The position numbers and the translations under genes are program-made. Below the pieces are notes generated by a model that did no database searches, was not told where the DNA came from, and worked only from the letters and a program-made list of their open reading frames with translations. Below are positions 28,001-28,761 of a DNA stretch of 28,761 nt, piece after piece. Location of the stretch: the IMG/VR virus record IMGVR_UViG_3300037991_004931, positions 1 through 28,761 of that record, one strand, 5' to 3'. The DNA comes from a virus. Its lineage: Duplodnaviria; Caudoviricetes. The stretch's first letter is position 1. Each line of letters starts with the position of its first letter.

Positions 28001-28108
28001 GGACTTGAAAAATTCAAGGAATTTGCAGTTAAAGTTGTGATGATTGCAGACAATCAAGCACTTGCACCTAAGATCAGAAACTTTAGAGCACTCGCACTTG
28101 CAGTATGA
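22007..28108 (+). CDS. Large virion structural protein, VrlC-like / DUF4815 family, 2033 aa
   Basis: PYFDDFD..KNYQKILFKPGRPVQARELTQLQ, APGADRLKI, LARRTFDESGDY, RYTMKDIG.LE.RL..VEYYTSLSLLE, RFKNGFLVDNF and DPLAQSF are characteristic of this family after gp8 in T4-like marine phages. Confidence 0.85.
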   Translation: MQKTNLKLAPYFDDFDSSKNYQKILFKPGRPVQARELTQLQTQLQNQIEKFANHTFKDGSVVIPGQVGFDLEYHAVLVQNLVNGLEVESYRESLVGTTLRGQNSEVEAVVVNTISVATSEKNALTLYVKYTKSGVNSDGSQRTRFANNETLLNATTNASVAVTYLQNATAYTGSVAYITNGIYYIRGYFVEVSDQTLILDQYSNKPSYKVGLSIAESKVSSDEDSTLFDNANGSTNFAAPGADRLKIVPTLSKELTSFSDNGDFIELLRLDEGNLEELVDRSFYNELEKNLARRTFDESGDYTIKDFTIRVRETLNDGTNEGVYDPGEVIEDGRTILARDPVATDPENSINGNNFYTVEVGPGKAYVRGFEISTVSKKYILVEKPRSSFAVNNKATNIDFGQYLTTTATTGSVTTGETLSLRNSSNVNIGQARAIGLTSGRLYLQDLTTYVKITVANNSTGLVEGDFVFTSKGTRAVVNGVTVSGSNSVIEVRQVSGKFANGDVITNSKNDTTYTLTNVATNSVSDINNIVNNGSTFTATITGSAGLKSTNKKFFVSSADLPTKSVSDFSYTKLEKVTKSVSGGEVSISVPNNFTPLATGFLITSSVGTHTATATVSGQTLVLSSISGSPSSVDVYYKLRVNNTSIKEKEPKRYNFLSAKNAKGTNFTVYGNRFDDKEINLKFPDVYKVHAIHEAAVSGVADADMFDRVLMNSTTGLVEGDILKQNDILARVIDIDGVTVYVKFLQEEKFVEGTNLTTQIVVFTNPDLTGRFLTEVVYGNYVDITNNFALVKNDTEDAYRISKLTRLGNRPTPRNKVTIVFDYFSHSQTNNDFFSIASYDLVNDIKYSEIPYNFDGSPYSDVFDFRTTFTTATSTGTGTAVAPFVCSNATSAFDVFGTTKSVQVFPYPAEFISYDYNYYTNRIDKVFLDNSGEFVVATGAGAANPAPPENIGNALLLSTLTVPAFLRDVKTVKIRNEKNKRYTMKDIGGLETRLDNVEYYTSLSLLETDTNNMLVLDGSGNNRFKNGFLVDNFKSRNFAATNNIDFKMSLDIDEGLIRPYPYVNNIGLDFDSVGGLQKTGDFLTLPYTEVTLQSNPYASRVVNLNPFNTTTWIGDFQISPSRDVWYDTQRTALENVPEIDLTGPIKFLYDQSGADGDQWGSWNTTGSGRGSGGTNIFQERDGVTNEFSSVTQNLEVGDRIDSIESIKYARSIVIDAFANRLKPNTEMYFFIDGEDSNGAIFPRLFSNVIRNVNSTAFVVGEKVTIETFLPVVGTSPRNLEATVVSPSDYDSTLDASYSASTTVLAIKDVKVNDGTIINPINPGDKILFTGQTTGAVAEVTLTKPRVKSNASGEVRAFIIVPPNKVETGQSRFVLTDQTTNTTIAGVSDTNAVANYDSDGTLLELTSLSIDFQIPEITSTPISETRTVFIPDPPPPPPRRGDPLAQSFFIQQKGGAFVSSIDVFFQSKDSTIPVTMDIRTIKNGFPTEEIVPLSKVTVAAADVNTSATASTATRFTFKTPVYLAEGNDYCFVLRTRSLNYKAWVSRLNETDVTTNQVIDKQPSIGSLFKSQNMSIWTPDQFEDIKFTINRCKFTTGSNLSTSLKNGIIPEVKLPADSLFFTDNVASITVLHPNHCMHTLQNYVDISGVVSDIPAVKLQTNMTNQQFTVDTTITISDATFAPSQINNAAISATNLGLIRIGGEIIAYKSISGNTLTVPSGGRGLSNSTIIAHNTNDTVEFYTLNGIPLTEINKRHQIADVVDMDRYKITTTAKANETLQSGGRNINASRNLQFESITPRFNQLVLPGTNLSVTMDSVAGAPVSEKSTGTFSATPTVVLENLEVNELDSSRVILSKPNQDNYGSAQSFTLNTTMSTTVDNLSPLIQLSGSSVITAMNRINKIVNTDSTLNLTSELEPTGSLHDAVYITKKVNLETSATSVRVMFDAIRRQGADIKVFVKTRSDDEIDAFDLIEYEEVPVTSSGYPISTDVEGFKAFDYEITGLEKFKEFAVKVVMIADNQALAPKIRNFRALALAV

Positions 28109-28314
28109 AGAATGTTAATGTTGATGGACATCCAGACTTAGAACGAGATTCTGAGTCTGGTGCCATTGTGAATAAGAATGTTCATAGTTATGAACAATAT
28201 ATGAAGGCATATAAAACCAGAATCGAGAAGGAAACCCGACTCGATAAAATAGAAGAAGAAATCGGCGAACTCAAAGATTTACTCAAACAAGTACTGAACC
28301 ATATAAATACTTGA
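28105..28314 (+). CDS. Small hypothetical protein with C-terminal coiled coil
   Basis: ATGA overlap with the upstream stop. VDGHPDLERD.ESGAIVN followed by heptad-like RLDKIEEEIGELKDLLKQVL. Confidence 0.8.
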   Translation: MKNVNVDGHPDLERDSESGAIVNKNVHSYEQYMKAYKTRIEKETRLDKIEEEIGELKDLLKQVLNHINT

Positions 28315-28337
28315 GAGACAAACTCTCTGTATAAATA
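28302..28337 (+). promoter_or_regulatory. Tandem T4-type late promoters TATAAATA
   Basis: Exact consensus at 28302-28309 and 28330-28337. The second is 21 nt before ATG 28359. Confidence 0.8.
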
Positions 28338-28358
28338 AAGGTAAGTGGTAAAACCTCA

Positions 28359-28691
28359 ATGGCAGCAGTACATAATCTATATGTAGATCAAGGTGCGGAC
28401 TTCACCGTTCAGGTTGGTGTCTACGATGACAGCAATGCTGCTTGGGATTTGACAGGCTATAGCGCCGAGGCAAAACTCAAGAAGTCTTTCTCTAGTTCTA
28501 CATCGACTAGTTTTGTTGCAACAATTTCCGGCACTGTTGCTGGAACAGTGGTACTTACACTACTTGCGTCCACAACATCAGCGTTAGAAGCCGGAAGGTA
28601 TCTGTACGATGTTGTTGTAACCTCCGCAGGAGGAACTAAAACGAGAGTGATCGAGGGCGTCGTTACTGTTAATCCAGGAGTAACAACATGA
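28359..28691 (+). CDS. Small virion structural protein (Ig-like beta sandwich), 110 aa
   Basis: NLYVDQGADF...DLTGYSAEAKL...GRYLYDVVV....KTRVIEGVVTVNPGVT pattern common in phage tail regions. Preceded by a late promoter. Confidence 0.75.
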   Translation: MAAVHNLYVDQGADFTVQVGVYDDSNAAWDLTGYSAEAKLKKSFSSSTSTSFVATISGTVAGTVVLTLLASTTSALEAGRYLYDVVVTSAGGTKTRVIEGVVTVNPGVTT

Positions 28692-28761
28692 ATACAAAGG
28701 TCACCGTTTCAAACACACCAAAAGTGATTACTGTTGCCGCCTCTGGTGGTGCTTCGGGTAG
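28688..28761 (+). CDS. 5' end of the next structural gene (partial, MNTKVTVSNTPKVITVAASGGASG...)
   Basis: ATGA overlap with the previous stop. Frame stays open to the window end. Confidence 0.7.
   Translation, partial: MNTKVTVSNTPKVITVAASGGASG

Noticed and set aside
888-28057. The many other 60-140 aa minus-strand and alternate-frame ORFs in the track
   Set aside because: All are nested in or overlap long, motif-supported + strand genes and show the composition expected of antisense or off-frame shadows.
9271-28108. Inteins, introns, programmed frameshifts or stop-codon recoding in the giant ORFs
   Set aside because: The ORFs are uninterrupted in the standard code, and no intein splice motifs or homing-endonuclease signatures were recognised.
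508-28691. Diversity-generating retroelement or invertible tail-fibre cassette
   Set aside because: No reverse transcriptase, recombinase or near-identical template/variable repeat pair was seen. The protein repeats are highly diverged at DNA level.
1-28761. Apparent abundance of GATC and CTAG/TCTAGA sites
   Set aside because: Cannot be quantified by eye and is plausibly explained by codon usage (GAT-C, TCT/ACT-AGA). It needs an observed/expected k-mer calculation.

Overview
Structural-gene region of a large T4-like (Kyanoviridae-type) myophage, most likely a marine cyanophage. Everything coding is on the + strand. In order: a GC-rich, structured, repeat-containing intergenic zone (43-507) around a small AbrB/MazE-like gene; a 1338-aa virion protein; a Cys-rich PAAR-like spike tip; then an inserted, tightly coupled small-gene cassette (4944-6638) driven by a perfect sigma70 promoter; then the baseplate module gp25-gp6-gp7(giant, ~3695 aa)-gp8-VrlC/DUF4815-like protein and three small genes, with gp55-type late promoters (NATAAATA). 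The best leads are (1) two perfectly consensus sigma70 promoters interlocked back to back at 4878-4920, one firing antisense into the late structural genes, and (2) the cassette they drive, which begins with an unannotated 47-aa basic protein starting A-R-S-K (histone H3-tail-like) and includes a minimal SET-domain lysine methyltransferase. Family assignments come from motif recognition and synteny, not from database searches. No tRNA, rRNA, CRISPR, intron, intein or mobile element was recognised.
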